Assembly (NCBI GenBank): GCA_965262725.1
Contig: OZ253555.1
Location: 1,920,001 to 1,984,000 of the forward strand
DNA: 64,000 nt
Direction: 5' to 3'
DNA from: Dehalococcoidia bacterium
Lineage (GTDB): Bacteria > Chloroflexota > Dehalococcoidia > UBA2979
This document shows, in pieces, positions 8,801 through 23,800 of this stretch. How positions within the stretch are numbered: position 1 is the first letter of the stretch; the number at the start of each line of letters is the position of its first letter. The position numbers were made by a program, and so were the translations under genes. The notes beneath the pieces were generated by a model. It was not told where the DNA came from. It did not search any database and worked only from the letters and a program-made list of their open reading frames with translations.

Positions 8801-11800
8801 GGCAGGGTGGCGCCTCCATGCATGGTCGCGGTCACGGTGAGGGTAGTGGCGGCGGAGCCCTCGGCGATACTGCGCTCGGAGACCGACAGGGCGATACCGC
8901 TGCGGGGTGCGTCGTCGTCGTTGATGGTGGTGGTCAACGGCGAACCGCTGACTGTCAGGGGCTCGCCCCCGCCGCCGGATGCGTCGCGGAGCTCGAGCGT
9001 GAAGGTCTCGCCGCGCTCGGCGGCGCCGTCCTCGATGGTGCTCACCTCTACGGTCTGCGCGCTGCCGCCGCTCGCGGTGAAGGTGAGGAGTTCAAGCTGC
9101 CTGGGCACGGGCAGTGCGTAGGCGAAGAGCCTGTGGTCGGAGACCCAGATCGTGATGCCGTCGGACCACAGCCCGCGCGGGTCACCGTTGGCGCGGTGCA
9201 GGGAATACTTGGCGATCAGCTCGCCGCTCGATCGGATGTAGGCGAAGAGAGCGTCCTGGTTGGCGTCCAGCACCCACATGAGCTTCCCGTCGGACCAGAT
9301 ACCACGCGCAGCGCCGTTCTGGCCGACCAGTGCGAGTTCGCGGTCCTGCAGGCGCTCGCCGCTTTCGAGCTTGTAGGCGAAGAGTCGGTCCTGACCGCTG
9401 TCGGACACCCAGATCGTGACGCCGTCGGACCACAGGCCTCGCGGCGCGCGGTTGGTCTCATCGAGTTCAAACTCGCGCTCCTGGATCCGCTTGCCGCTGG
9501 CGAGGTCGTACGCATGGATGGCGTCGTCGGCACCCCGGACGTTCACGGCCTGCCACAGTATGTCGCCATCGGACCAGATGCCGGTCCAGCCGTAGCCGTC
9601 GCGCTCGACAGCTTCCGTTGAGGTCCGCTCAGGGGGGATACCCACAGGATCATCGGCGTCGGTGACGGTCACCGCCACCCCGGCGGCCTCGTCGTCGCTG
9701 ACGGTCACCGCCACCGCGGCGATGGTCGCGCCGTCGTACTCGTCGGCGCTGCGGGCGGCCACCACCGCGTGGGCGATGGACGCCGCGTCGTTCACCGCGT
9801 CGGCGTCCTCGGCGGCCCGCACCGTCACCGTCTGCGCCGTGCTCCAGTTGGCCCGGGTGAAGGTCAGCGTGGCCGGCGACGCCGTCACGTCGGCGCTGCC
9901 GCTCCTGGGCACGCTGATCACCACGTCGGAGGCGGGCTGGGCGTCCAGGACCACCGTGTAGGCGCCGCTGCCGCCCTCGGCCACCTCCAGCGTGGTTTCG
10001 GACACCGTCACCCCGGCGTCATCGTCGCTGACGGTCACCGCCACCGCGGCCACGGCGACGGCGTCGTACTCGTCGGCGCTGCGGGCGGCCACCACCGCGT
10101 GGGCGATGGACGCCGCGTCGTTCGCCGCGTCGGCGTCCTCGGCGGCCCGCACCGTCACCGTCTGCGCCGTGCTCCAGTTGGCCCGGGTGAAGGTCAGCGT
10201 GGCCGGCGACGCCGTCACGTCGGCGCTGCCGCTCCTGGTCACGCTGATCACCACGTCGGCGGCGGGCTGGGCGTCCAGGACCACCGTGTAGGCGCCGCTG
10301 CCGCCCTCGGCCACCGTCAGCGTGGTTTCGGACACCGTCACCCCGGCGGTCTCGTCGTCGCTGACGGTCACCGCCACCGCGGCCACGGCGACGGCGTCGA
10401 ACTCGTTGGCGCTGCTGGCGGCGTCGACGGCGTGGGTGATGGAGGCCGCGTCGTTCACCGCGTCGGCGTCCTCGGCGGCCCGCACCGTCACCGTCTGCGC
10501 CGTGCTCCAGTTGGCCCGGGTGAAGGTCAGCGTGGCCGGCGACGCCGTCACGTCGGCGCTGCCGCTCCTGGTCACGCTGATCACCACGTCGGCGGCGGGC
10601 TGGGCGTCCAGGACCACCGTGTAGGCGCCGCTGCCGCCCTCGGCCACCGTCAGCGTGGTTTCGGACACCGTCACCCCGGCGGTCTCGTCGCTGACGGTCA
10701 CCGCCACCGCGGCCACGGCGACGGCGTCGTACTCGTCGGCGCTGCGGGCGGCCACCACCGCGTGGGCGATGGACGCCGCGTCGTTCGCCGCGTCGGCGTC
10801 CTCGGCGGCCCGCACCGTCACCGTCTGCGCCGTGCTCCAGTTGGCCCGGGTGAAGGTCAGCGTGGCCGGCGACGCCGTCACGTCGGCGCTGCCGCTCCTG
10901 GTCACGCTGATCACCACGTCGGCGGCGGGCTGGGCGTCCAGGACCACCGTGTAGGCGCCGCTGCCGCCCTCGGCCACCGTCAGCGTGGTTTCGGACACCG
11001 TCACCCCGGCGTCATCGTCGCTGACGGTCACCGCCACCGCGGCCACGGCGACGGCGTCGTACTCGTCGGCGCTGCGGGCGGCCACCACCGCGTGGGCGAT
11101 GGACGCCGCGTCGTTCGCCGCGTCGGCGTCCTCGGCGGCCCGCACCGTCACCGTCTGCGCCGTGCTCCAGTTGGCCCGGGTGAAGGTCAGCGTGGCCGGC
11201 GACACCGTCACGTCGGCGCTGCCGCTCCTGGGCACGCTGATCACCACGTCGGAGGCGGGCTGGGCGTCCAGCTTCACCGTGTAGGCGCCGCTGCCGCCCT
11301 CGGCCACCTCCAGCGCGGTTTCGGACACCGTCACCCCGGCGTCATCGTCGCTGACGGTCACCGCCACCGCGGCGATGGTCGCGCCGTCGTACTCGTCGGC
11401 GCTGCGGGCGGCCACCACCGCGTGGGCGATGGACGCCGCGTCGTTCACCGCGTCGGCGTCCTCGGCGCCAGCCACCGTCACCGTCTGCGCCGTGCTCCAG
11501 TTGGCCCGGGTGAAGGTCAGCGTGGCCGGCGACGCCGTCACGTCGGCGCTGCCGCTCCTGCTCACGCTGATCACCACGTCGGCGGCGGGCTGGGCGTCCA
11601 GGACCACCGTGTAGGTTGCGTTGCCGCCCTCGGCCACCGTCAGCGCGGTTTCGGACACCGTCACCCCGGCGTCATCGTCGCTGACGGTCACCGCCACCGC
11701 GGCCACGGCGACGGCGTCGTACTCGTTGGCGCTGCGGGCGGCCACCACCGCGTGGGCGATGGACGCCGCGTCGTTCGCGGCGTCGGCGTCCTGGGCGGCC

Positions 11801-14800
11801 CGCACCGTCACCGTCTGCGCCGTGCTCCAGTTGCTCGGCGTGAAGGTCAGCGTGGCTGGCGACGCCGTCACGTCGGCGCTGCCGCTCCTGCTCACGCTGA
11901 TCACCACGTCGGAGGCGGGCTGGGCGTTGAGCTTCACCGTGTAGGCGCCGTTGCCGCCCTCGGCCACCGTCAGCGTGGACGCGGACACCGTCACCCCGGC
12001 GTCATCGTCGTCGGTGACGGTCACCGCCACCGCGGCCACGGCGACGGCGTCGTACTCGTTGGCGCTGCGGGCGGCCACCACCGCGTGGGCGATGGACGCC
12101 GCGTCGTTCGCGGCGTCGGCGTCCTGGGCGGCCCGCACCGTCACCGTCTGCGCCGTGCTCCAGTTGGCCCGGGTGAAGGTCAGCGTGGCCGGCGACGCTG
12201 TCACGTCGGCGCTGCCGCTCCTGGTCACGCTGATCACCACGTCGGCGGCGGGCTGGGCGTTGAGCTTCACCGTGTAGGCGCCGCTGCCGCCCTCGGCCAC
12301 CGTCAGCGTGGTTTCGGACACCGTCACCCCGGCGTCATCGTCGCTGACGGTCACCGCCACCGCGGCCACGGCGACGGCGTCGTACTCGTTGGCGCTGCGG
12401 GCGGCCACCACCGCGTGGGCGATGGACGCCGCGTCGTTCGCGGCGTCGGCGTCCTGGGCGGCCCGCACCGTCACCGTCTGCGCCGTGCTCCAGTTGGCCC
12501 GGGTGAAGGTCAGCGTGGCCGGCGACGCTGTCACGTCGGCGCTGCCGCTCCTGGTCACGCTGATCACCACGTCGGCGGCGGGCTGGGCGTTGAGCTTCAC
12601 CGTGTAGGCGCCGCTGCCGCCCTCGGCCACCGTCAGCGTGGTTTCGGACACCGTCACCCCGGCGTCATCGTCGCTGACGGTCACCGCCACCGCGGCCACG
12701 GCGACGGCGTCGTACTCGTTGGCGCTGCGGGCGGCCACCACCGCGTGGGCGATGGACGCCGCGTCGTTCGCGGCGTCGGCGTCCTGGGCGGCCCGCACCG
12801 TCACCGTCTGCGCCGTGCTCCAGTTGCTCGGCGTGAAGGTCAGCGTGGCTGGCGACGCCGTCACGTCGGCGCTGCCGCTCCTGCTCACGCTGATCACCAC
12901 GTCGGCGGCGGGCTGGGCGTTGAGCTTCACCGTGTAGGCGCCGTTGCCGCCCTCGGCCACCGTCAGCGCGGTTTCGGACACCGTCACCCCGGCGTCATCG
13001 TCGTCGCTGACGGTCACCGCCACCGCGGCCACGGCGACGGCGTCGTACTCGTTGGCGCTGCGGGCGGCCACCACCGCGTGGGCGATGGAACCCGTATCGT
13101 TCGCGGCGTCGGCGTCCTGGGCGGCCCGCACCGTCACCGTCTGCGCCGTGCTCCAGTTGCTCGGCGTGAAGGTCAGCGTGGCCGGCGACGCCGTCACGTC
13201 GGCGCTGCCGCTCCTGCTCACGCTGATCACCACGTCGGAGGCGGGCTGGGCGTTGAGCTTCACCGTGTAGGCGCCGTTGCCGCCCTCGGCCACCGTCAGC
13301 GTGGACGCGGACACCGTCACCCCGGCGTCATCGTCGTCGCTGACGGTCACCGCCACCGCGGCCACGGCGACGGCGTCGTACTCGTTGGCGCTGCGGGCGG
13401 CCACCACCGCGTGGGCGATGGAACCCGTATCGTTCACCGCGTCGGCGTCCTGGGCGGCCCGCACCGTCACCGTCTGCGCCGTGCTCCAGTTGCTCGGCGT
13501 GAAGGTCAGCGTGGCCGGCGACGCCGTCACGTCGGCGCTGCCGCTCCTGCTCACGCTGATCACCACGTCGGCGGCGGGCTGGGCGTCCAGGACCACCGTG
13601 TAGGTTGCGTTGCCGCCCTCGGCCACCGTCAGCGTGGTTTCGGACACCGTCACCCCGGCGTCATCGTCGCTGACGGTCACCGCCACCGCGGCCACGGCGA
13701 CGGCGTCGTACTCGTTGGCGCTGCGGGCGGCCACCACCGCGTGGGCGATGGAACCCGTATCGTTCACCGCGTCGGCGTCCTGGGCGGCCCGCACCGTCAC
13801 CGTCTGCGCCGTGCTCCAGTTGCTCGGCGTGAAGGTCAGCGTGGCTGGCGACGCCGTCACGTCGGCGCTGCCGCTCCTGCTCACGCTGATCACCACGTCG
13901 GAGGCGGGCTGGGCGTTGAGCTTCACCGTGTAGGCGCCGCTGCCGCCCTCGGCCACCTCCAGCGTGGTTTCGGACACCGTCACCCCGGCGTCATCGTCGT
14001 CGCTGACGGTCACCGCCACCGCGGCCACGGCGACGGCGTCGTACTCGTTGGCGCTGCGGGCGGCCACCACCGCGTGGGCGATGGACGCCGTATCGTTCAC
14101 CGCGTCGGCGTCCTGCGCGGCCCGCACCGTCACCGTCTGCGCCGTGCTCCAGTTGCTCGGCGTGAAGGTCAGCGTGGCCGGCGACGCCGTCACGTCGGCG
14201 CTGCCGCTCCTGCTCACGCTGATCACCACGTCGGAGGCGGGCTGGGCGTCCAGCTTCACCGTGTAGGTAGCGCTGCCGCCCTCGGCCACCGTCAGCGTGG
14301 TTTCGGACACCGTCACCCCGGCGTCATCGTCGCTGACGGTCACCGCCACCGCGGCCACGGCGACGGCGTCGTACTCGTTGGCGCTGCGGGCGGCCACCAC
14401 CGCGTGGGCGATGGACGCCGCGTCGTTCGCGGCGTCGGCGTCCTGGGCGGCCCGCACCGTCACCGTCTGCGCCGTGCTCCAGTTGCTCGGCGTGAAGGTC
14501 AGCGTGGCCGGCGACGCCGTCACGTCGGCGCTGCCGCTCCTGCTCACGCTGATCACCACGTCGGCGGCGGGCTGGGCGTTGAGCTTCACCGTGTAGGCGC
14601 CGTTGCCGCCCTCGGCCACCGTCAGCGTGGTTTCGGACACCGTCACCCCGGCGTCATCGTCGTCGCTGACGGTCACCGCCACCGCGGCCACGGCGACGGC
14701 GTCGTACTCGTTGGCGCTGCGGGCGGCCACCACCGCGTGGGCGATGGAACCCGTATCGTTCACCGCGTCGGCGTCCTGGGCGGCCCGCACCGTCACCGTC

Positions 14801-17800
14801 TGCGCCGTGCTCCAGTTGCTCGGCGTGAAGGTCAGCGTGGCTGGCGACGCCGTCACGTCGGCGCTGCCGCTCCTGCTCACGCTGATCACCACGTCGGAGG
14901 CGGGCTGGGCGTCCAGCTTCACCGTGTAGGTAGCGCTGCCGCCCTCGGCCACCGTCAGCGTGGTTTCGGACACCGTCACCCCGGCGTCATCGTCGCTGAC
15001 GGTCACCGCCACCGCGGCCACGGCGACGGCGTCGTACTCGTTGGCGCTGCGGGCGGCCACCACCGCGTGGGCGATGGACGCCGCGTCGTTCGCGGCGTCG
15101 GCGTCCTGGGCGGCCCGCACCGTCACCGTCTGCGCCGTGCTCCAGTTGCTCGGCGTGAAGGTCAGCGTGGCCGGCGACGCCGTCACGTCGGCGCTGCCGC
15201 TCCTGCTCACGCTGATCACCACGTCGGCGGCGGGCTGGGCGTTGAGCTTCACCGTGTAGGCGCCGTTGCCGCCCTCGGCCACCGTCAGCGTGGTTTCGGA
15301 CACCGTCACCCCGGCGTCATCGTCGTCGCTGACGGTCACCGCCACCGCGGCCACGGCGACGGCGTCGTACTCGTTGGCGCTGCGGGCGGCCACCACCGCG
15401 TGGGCGATGGAACCCGTATCGTTCACCGCGTCGGCGTCCTGGGCGGCCCGCACCGTCACCGTCTGCGCCGTGCTCCAGTTGCTCGGCGTGAAGGTCAGCG
15501 TGGCTGGCGACGCCGTCACGTCGGCGCTGCCGCTCCTGCTCACGCTGATCACCACGTCGGAGGCGGGCTGGGCGTTGAGCTTCACCGTGTAGGCGCCGCT
15601 GCCGCCCTCGGCCACCTCCAGCGTGGTTTCGGACACCGTCACCCCGGCGTCATCGTCGTCGCTGACGGTCACCGCCACCGCGGCCACGGCGACGGCGTCG
15701 TACTCGTTGGCGCTGCGGGCGGCCACCACCGCGTGGGCGATGGACGCCGTATCGTTCACCGCGTCGGCGTCCTGCGCGGCCCGCACCGTCACCGTCTGCG
15801 CCGTGCTCCAGTTGCTCGGCGTGAAGGTCAGCGTGGCCGGCGACGCCGTCACGTCGGCGCTGCCGCTCCTGCTCACGCTGATCACCACGTCGGAGGCGGG
15901 CTGGGCGTCCAGCTTCACCGTGTAGGTAGCGCTGCCGCCCTCGGCCACCGTCAGCGCGGTTTCGGACACCGTCACCCCGGCGTCATCGTCGTCGCTGACG
16001 GTCACCGCCACCGCGGCCACGGCGACGGCGTCGTACTCGTTGGCGCTGCGGGCGGCCACCACCGCGTGGGCGATGGACGCCGTATCGTTCGCGGCGTCGG
16101 CGTCCTGGGCGGCCCGCACCGTCACCGTCTGCGCCGTGCTCCAGTTGCTCGGCGTGAAGGTCAGCGTGGCCGGCGACGCCGTCACGTCGGCGCTGCCGCT
16201 CCTGCTCACGCTGATCACCACGTCGGCGGCGGGCTGGGCGTTGAGCTTCACCGTGTAGGCGCCGTTGCCGCCCTCGGCCACCGTCAGCGTGGTTTCGGAC
16301 ACCGTCACCCCGGCGTCATCGTCGTCGCTGACGGTCACCGCCACCGCGGCCACGGCGACGGCGTCGTACTCGTTGGCGCTGCGGGCGGCCACCACCGCGT
16401 GGGCGATGGAACCCGTATCGTTCACCGCGTCGGCGTCCTGGGCGGCCCGCACCGTCACCGTCTGCGCCGTGCTCCAGTTGCTCGGCGTGAAGGTCAGCGT
16501 GGCTGGCGACGCCGTCACGTCGGCGCTGCCGCTCCTGCTCACGCTGATCACCACGTCGGCGGCGGGCTGGGCGTTGAGCTTCACCGTGTAGGCGCCGTTG
16601 CCGCCCTCGGCCACCGTCAGCGTGGTTTCGGACACCGTCACCCCGGCGTCATCGTCGTCGCTGACGGTCACCGCCACCGCGGCCACGGCGACGGCGTCGT
16701 ACTCGTTGGCGCTGCGGGCGGCCACCACCGCGTGGGCGATGGAACCCGTATCGTTCACCGCGTCGGCGTCCTGGGCGGCCCGCACCGTCACCGTCTGCGC
16801 CGTGCTCCAGTTGCTCGGCGTGAAGGTCAGCGTGGCCGGCGACGCCGTCACGTCGGCGCTGCCGCTCCTGCTCACGCTGATCACCACGTCGGCGGCGGGC
16901 TGGGCGTTGAGCTTCACCGTGTAGGTTGCGTTGCCGCCCTCGGCCACCGTCAGCGTGGTTTCGGACACCGTCACCCCGGCGTCATCGTCGCTGACGGTCA
17001 CCGCCACCGCGGCCACGGCGACGGCGTCGTACTCGTCGGCGCTGCGGGCGGCCACCACCGCGTGGGCGATGGACGCCGTATCGTTCACCGCGTCGGCGTC
17101 CTGGGCGGCCCGCACCGTCACCGTCTGCGCCGTGCTCCAGTTGCTCGGCGTGAAGGTCAGCGTGGCTGGCGACGCCGTCACGTCGGCGCTGCCGCTCCTG
17201 CTCACGCTGATCACCACGTCGGCGGCGGGCTGGGCGTTGAGCTTCACCGTGTAGGCGCCGCTGCCGCCCTCGGCCACCTCCAGCGTGGTTTCGGACACCG
17301 TCACCCCGGCGTCATCGTCGCTGACGGTCACCGCCACTGCGGCCACGGCGACGGCGTCGTACTCGTCGGCGCTGCGGGCGGCGTCGACGGCGTGGGTGAT
17401 GGAGGCCGCGTCGTTCACCGCGTCGGGGTCCTGGGCGGCAGCCACCGTCACCGTCTGCGCCGTGCTCCAGTTGGACGTGGAGAAGGTCAGGGTGGCCGGC
17501 GACACCGTCACGTCGGGGCTGCCGCTCTTGGTGACGCTGATCACCACGTCGGAGGCGGGCTGGGCGTCCAGCTTCACGGTGTAGGTTGCGCTGCCGCCCT
17601 CGTCCACCTCCAGCGTGGTTTCGGACACCGTCGCCCCGGCGGTCTCGTCGTCGGTGACGGTCACGGCCACCCCGGCGATGGTCGCGGCGTCGAACTCGTT
17701 GGCGCTGCCGGCGGCGTTGACCGCGTGGGTGATGGACGCCGCGTCGTTCACCGCGTCGGCGTCCTGGGCGGCGGACACCGTTACCGTCTTCGCCGTGTCC

Positions 17801-20800
17801 CAGTTGGACGAGGAGAAGGTCAGGGTCGCCGGAGACACCGTCACGTCGCTGCTGCCGGTCTTGGTGACGCCGATCACCACGTTGGAGGTGGGCTGCACGT
17901 CCAGGACCACCGTGTAGGTGGCGCTGCCGCCCTCGGCCACCGTCAGCGTGGTCTCGGACACCGTCGCCCCGGCAGTGTCGTCGTCGTCGACGGTCACGCG
18001 CCGCACGGCGTCGGGCGCGGCGTCGAACTCGTCGGCGCTCTCGGCGTCCACGACGCTATGGGTGATGGAGGCCTCGTCGTCCACCGCGTCGGCGTCCTCG
18101 GCGGCCCGGACCCTCACGAGCTGCCCTGTGTCCCAATTGCCATTCGTGAAGGTCAGCGTATCCTGGTCGCCGTCTGTACTGCCGTCGGTGTCCACCGCCA
18201 CGTCGCTGCTGCCGCTCACGGTTACGCGCACCACCACGTTGCTCGTGGGTTGGGCGCTCAGTCGCACAGTGTAGCCACCGGATCTGATGCCCTCCGATAT
18301 CATAATTGCGTCGCCAGGCACGACCAGCGTGGCGTCATCATCGTCGGTGACGGTCACCGCCACCCCGGCGATGGTCACGGCGTCGTACTCTTTGGCGCTG
18401 CTGGCGGCGTTGACCGCGTGGGTGATGGACGCCGCGTCGTTCACCGCGTCGGCGTCCTGGGCCCCCCGCACCGTCACCGTCTGCGCCGTGCTCCAGTTGG
18501 CCGTGGTGAAGGTGAGCTTCGCCGGCGTCGCCGTCACGTCGCCGCTGCGGGTCACCGTGATCACCACGTCGGAGTCGGGCAGGGCGTCCAGGACCACCGT
18601 GTAGGTGGCGCTGCCGCCCTCGGCCACCGTCAGCGCGGTTTCGGACACCGTCACCCCGGCGTCGTCGTCGGCCACGGTCACGGTCACCCCGGCGATGGTC
18701 ACGGCGTCGTACTCTTTGGCGCTGCTGGCGGCGGTGACCGCGTGGGCGATGGACGCCGCGTCGTTCACCGCGTCGGCGTCCTGGGCGGCGGACACCGTCA
18801 CCGTCTTCGCCGTGCTCCAGTTGGCCGGGGTGAAGGTCAGGGTGGCCGGCGACACCGTCACGTCCGAATTGTCGCTGCTCACCGTGATCACCACGTCCGC
18901 GGCGGGCAGGGCGTCCAGGACCACCGTGTAGGTGGCGCTGGTGCCCTCGTCCACCGTCAGCTTGGACGCGGACACCGTCACCCCGGCGTCGTTGTCGTCG
19001 ACGGTCACGTGCCGCACGGTGTCGGGCGCGGCGTCGAACTCGTCGGCGCTGTCGGCGTCCACGACGCTATGGGTGATGGAGGCCGCGTCGTCCACCGCGT
19101 CGGCGTCCTGGGCGGCCCGGACCCTCACAAGCTGCCCTTTGTCCCAATTGCCATTCGTGAAGGTCAGCGTATCCTGGTCGCCGTCTGTACTGCCGTCGGT
19201 GTCCACCGCCACGTCGCTGCTGCCGCTCACGGTTACGCGCACCACCACGTTACCCGTGGGCTGGCCGCCCAGCTTCACATCGTAGGCAGTGCTACTGCTG
19301 CCCTCGTCCATCTTTAACTTCTCGACATCCAAGACCAGCCTGGCGTCGTCGTCGGTGACGGTCACCGCCACCCCGGCGATGGTCACGGCGTCGAACTCGT
19401 CGGCGCTGCGGGCGGCGTCGACGGCGTGGGCGATGGCGGCCGCGTCGTTCACCGCGTCGGCGTCCTGGGCGGCAGCCACCGTCACCGTCTGCGCCGTGCT
19501 CCAGTTGGACGGGGTGAAGGTCAGGGTGGCCGGAGACACCGTCACGTCCGTATTGCCGCTGCTCACCGTGATAACCACGTCGGAGGCGGGCTGGGCGGCC
19601 AGCTTCACGGTGTAGGTGGCGCTGCCGCCCTCGGTCACCGTCAGCGTGGTTTCGGACACGCTCACCCCGGCGTCGTCGTCGGTGACGGTCACCGCCACCC
19701 CGGCGATGGTCACGGCGTCGTACTCGTCGGCGCTGCTGGCGGCCACCACCGCGTGGGTGATGGAGGCCGTGTCGTTCACCGCGTCGGCGTCCTCGGCGGC
19801 GGACACCGTTACCGTCTTCGCCGTGTCCCAGTTGGCCGTCGTGAAGGTCAGCCGCGCCGAAGACACGGTCACGTCCGTATTGCCGCTGCTCACCGTGATC
19901 ACCACGTCGGAGGCGGGCTGGGCGTCCAGGACCACCGTGTAGGTCGAACTGTTGCCCTCGGGGATGCGCAATGTAGCAGGGGACACCGTCACCCCGGCGT
20001 CGTCGTCGGCCACGGTCACGGTCACCCCGGCGATGGTCACGGCGTCGAACTCGTCGGCGCTGCTGGCGGCCACCACCGCGTGGGTGATGGACGCCGCGTC
20101 GTTCACCGCGTCGGCGTCCTGGGCCGCCCGCACCGTCACCGTCTGCGCCGTGCTCCAGTTGGCCCGGGTGAAGGTCAGCGTGGCCGGCGACACGGTCACG
20201 TCGGGGCTGCCGCTCCTGGTGACGCTGATCACCACGTTGGATGCGGGCTGGGCGTCCAGCTTCACCGTGTAGGTGGTGCTGGTGCCCTCGGCCACCGTCA
20301 CCGTGGTTTCGGACACCGTCACCCCGGCGTCGTCGTCGGTGACGGTCACCGCCAGTTCGGCGATGCTCACGGCGTCGAACTCGTCGGCGCTGCTGGCGGC
20401 CACCACCGCGTGGGTGATGGAGGCCGCGTCGTTCACCGCGTCGGCGTCCTCGGCGGCGGACACCGTTACCGTCTGCGCCGTGTCCCAGTTGGACGGGGAG
20501 AAGGTCAGGGTGGTCTGGTTGCCGGACGTCGCGCCGTCGGTGTCCGCCGTCACGTCCGAATTGTCGCTGCTCACCGTGATCACCACGTCCGCGGCGGGCT
20601 GGGCGTCCAGCTTCACGGTGTAGGTTGCGTTGCCGCCCTCGGCCACCGTCAGCGTGGTTTCGGACACCGTCGCCCCGGCGTCGTCGTCGGTGACGGTCAC
20701 CGCCACCCCGGCGATGGTCACGGCGTCGAACTCGTTGGCGCTGCGGGCGGCGTCGACGGCGTGGGCGATGGCGGCCGCGTCGTTCACCGCGTCGGCGTCC

Positions 20801-23800
20801 TGGGCGGCAGCCACCGTCACCGTCTGCGCCGTGCTCCAGTTGGACGGGGTGAAGGTGAGCTTCGCCGGCGTCGCCGTCACGTCCGAATTGTCGCTGCTCA
20901 CCGTGATCACCACGTCGGAGGTGGGCTGCACGTCCAGGACCACGGTGTAAGTGTTGTTGCCGCCCTCGGTCACCGTCAGCGTGGTCGCGGACACCGTCGC
21001 CCCGGCGGTCTCGTCATCGGTGACGGTCACCGCCACCCCGGCGCTGCTCACGTTGTCGAACTCGTTGGCGCTGCGGGAGGCGTCGACGGCGTGGGTGATG
21101 GACGCCGCGTCGTTCGCCGCGTCGGCGTCCTGGGCCGCCCGCACCGTCACCGTCTGCGCCGTGCTCCAGTTGGCCGGGGTGAAGGTCAGCGTGGTCTGGT
21201 TGCCGGACGTCGCGGCGTCGGTGTCCGCCGTCACGTCCGAATTGTCGCTGCTCACCGTGATCACCACGTCGGAGGCGGGCTGGGCGTCCAGCTTCACGGT
21301 GTAGGTTGCGCTGCCGCCCTCGGCCACCGTCAGCGCCGTTTCGGACACGCTCACCCCGGCGTCGTCGTCGGTGACGGTTACGCTCACGCGGGCGATGCGG
21401 AGGCCGTCGTACAGGTCGTCGCTGTCGGCGTCCACCACCGCGTGGGTGATGGAGGCCGCGTCGTTCACCGCGTCGGCGTCGTGGGCCGCCCGCACCGTCA
21501 CCGTCTGCGCCGTGCCCCAGTTGGCCGTGGTGAAGGTCAGGGTCGCCGGAGACACCGTCACGTCCGTGTTGTCGCTGCTCACCGATATTACCACGTCCGA
21601 CGCGGCCTCGGTGTCGAGGAGCACGGTGTAGGTCGCGCTGCCGCCCTCGGCCAGCGACCGCGCCTTGGGGGACACGGTCACCCCGGGGTCGTCGTCGTTG
21701 ACGAACACTTCCAGGGCGATGAGAGGGACACTGCGGTACTCCTCGGCGCTGCTGCCGGGGATAATGCCGTGGTAGATGGTGGCCGAGTCGTCCGCCGAGT
21801 CATCGTCGTCGGGGGCCCGCACCGTCACCGTCTGGGGGGTGTTCCAGTTGGCCGGGGTGAAGAGCAACTCCACCGCCGCCAGGGTACCCAGTCCGGGCAG
21901 ATCGAACGTGATAGGGGACCCGTCCACCGTAATGCCCCGGCTGCCGAGCACCCCTATTATTAGCGCCACGTTGGAAGTGGGCTTGGTGGTCAGGGCCACC
22001 GTGTAGGAGAAAGGTATGCCCTCCGTCATCACAATCCCGTCGGTTTGGGACACTCTCATCCCGGGGTCGTCTTCGGTGACGGTCACGCTCACGCGGGCGA
22101 TTTGGAGGCCGTCGTACAGGTCGTCGCTGCTGGCGTCCACCACCGCGTGGCTGATGGCGGCTGCGTCGTCCACCGCGTCGGCGTCCTGGGCGGCGGACAC
22201 CGTCACCGTCTGCGCCGTGTCCCAGTTGGCCGTCGTGAAGGTCAGGGTGGCCGGAGACACCGTCACGTCGGAGCTGCCGCTTTTGGTTACGTTGATCACC
22301 ACGTCGGAGGTGGGCTGCACGTCCAGTACCACGGTGTAGGTTGCGCTGCCGCCCTCCGGCGCCTTCACTGAAATGACGGACACCGTCACCCCGGCGGTCT
22401 CGTCATCGGTGACGGTCACGGCCACCCCGGCGATGGTCACGTTGTCGTACTCGTCGGCGCTGCGGGCGGCGTCGACGGCGTGGGCGATGGAGGCTGCGTC
22501 GTCCACCGCGTCGGCGTCCTGGGCGGCGGCCACCGTCACCGTCTGCGCCGTGTCCCAGTTGGCCGTCGTGAAGGTCAGGGTGGCCGGCGACACGGTCACG
22601 TCCGTATTGCCGCTGGCGGTGACGCTTATCACTACGTCGGAGGTGGGTTGAAGGTTCAGCACCACGGTGTAAGTTGCGCTGCCGCCCTCGGCCACCTCCA
22701 GCGCGGTTTCGGACACCGTCGCCCCGGCGGTGTCGTCGTCGGTGACGGTCACGGCCACCCCGGCGATGGTCACGTTGTCGTACTCGTCGGCGCTGCGGGC
22801 GGCGTCGACGGCGTGGGCGATGGACGCCGCGTCGTCCACCGCGTCGGCGTCCTGGGCCGCAGCCACCGTCACCGTCTGCGCCGTGTCCCAGTTGGCCGTC
22901 GTGAAGGTCAGGGTGGCCGGAGACACCGTCACGTCGCTGCTGCCGCTGGCGGTTACGCTTATCACCACGTTGGATGCGGGCTGCACGTCCAGGACCACGG
23001 TGTAGGTTGCGCTGCCGCCCTCGGCAACCGTCAGCGTGGTTTCGGACACCGTCGCCCCGGCGGTCTCGTCGTCGGTGACGGTCACGGCCACCCCGGCGAT
23101 GGTCACGTTGTCGTACTCGTCGGCGCTGCGGGCGGCGTCGACGGCGTGGGCGATGGCGGCTGCGTCGTTCACCGCGTCGGCGTCCTCGGCCGCGGCCACC
23201 GTCACCGTCTGCGCCGTGTCCCAGTTACTGGAAGTGAAAGTCAAAGTGGCCGGCGACACCGTCACGTCGGCGCTGCCGCTCTTGGTGACGTTGATCACCA
23301 CGTCGGAGGTGGGCTGGACGCCCAGCTTCACCGTGTAGGTTTTGCTGCCCCCCTCGTTCACCCTCAGCCTGGGCCTGGACACCGTCACCCCGGCGGTCTC
23401 GTCGTCGGTGACGGTCACCGCCACCCCGGCGATGGTCACGGCGTCGTACTCGTCGGCGCTGCGGGAGGCGTCGACGGCGTGGCTGATGGAGGCCGCGGCG
23501 TCCACCGCGTCGGCGTCCTGGGCCGCGGCCACCGTCACCGTCTGCGCCGTGCTCCAGTTGGCCGGGGTGAAGGTCAAAGTGGCCGGCGACACCGTCACAT
23601 CGGGACTGCCGCTGGCGGTTACGTTGATCACCACGCCGGAGGTGGGCTGCGCGCCCAGGACCACGGTGTAAGTGTTGTTGCCGCCTTCGGCCACCTCCAG
23701 CGCGGTTTCGGACACCGTCACCCCGGCGGTCTCGTCGTCGGTGACGGTCACCGTCACCCCGGCGATGCTCACGTTGTCGTACTCGTCGGCGCTTTCGGCG

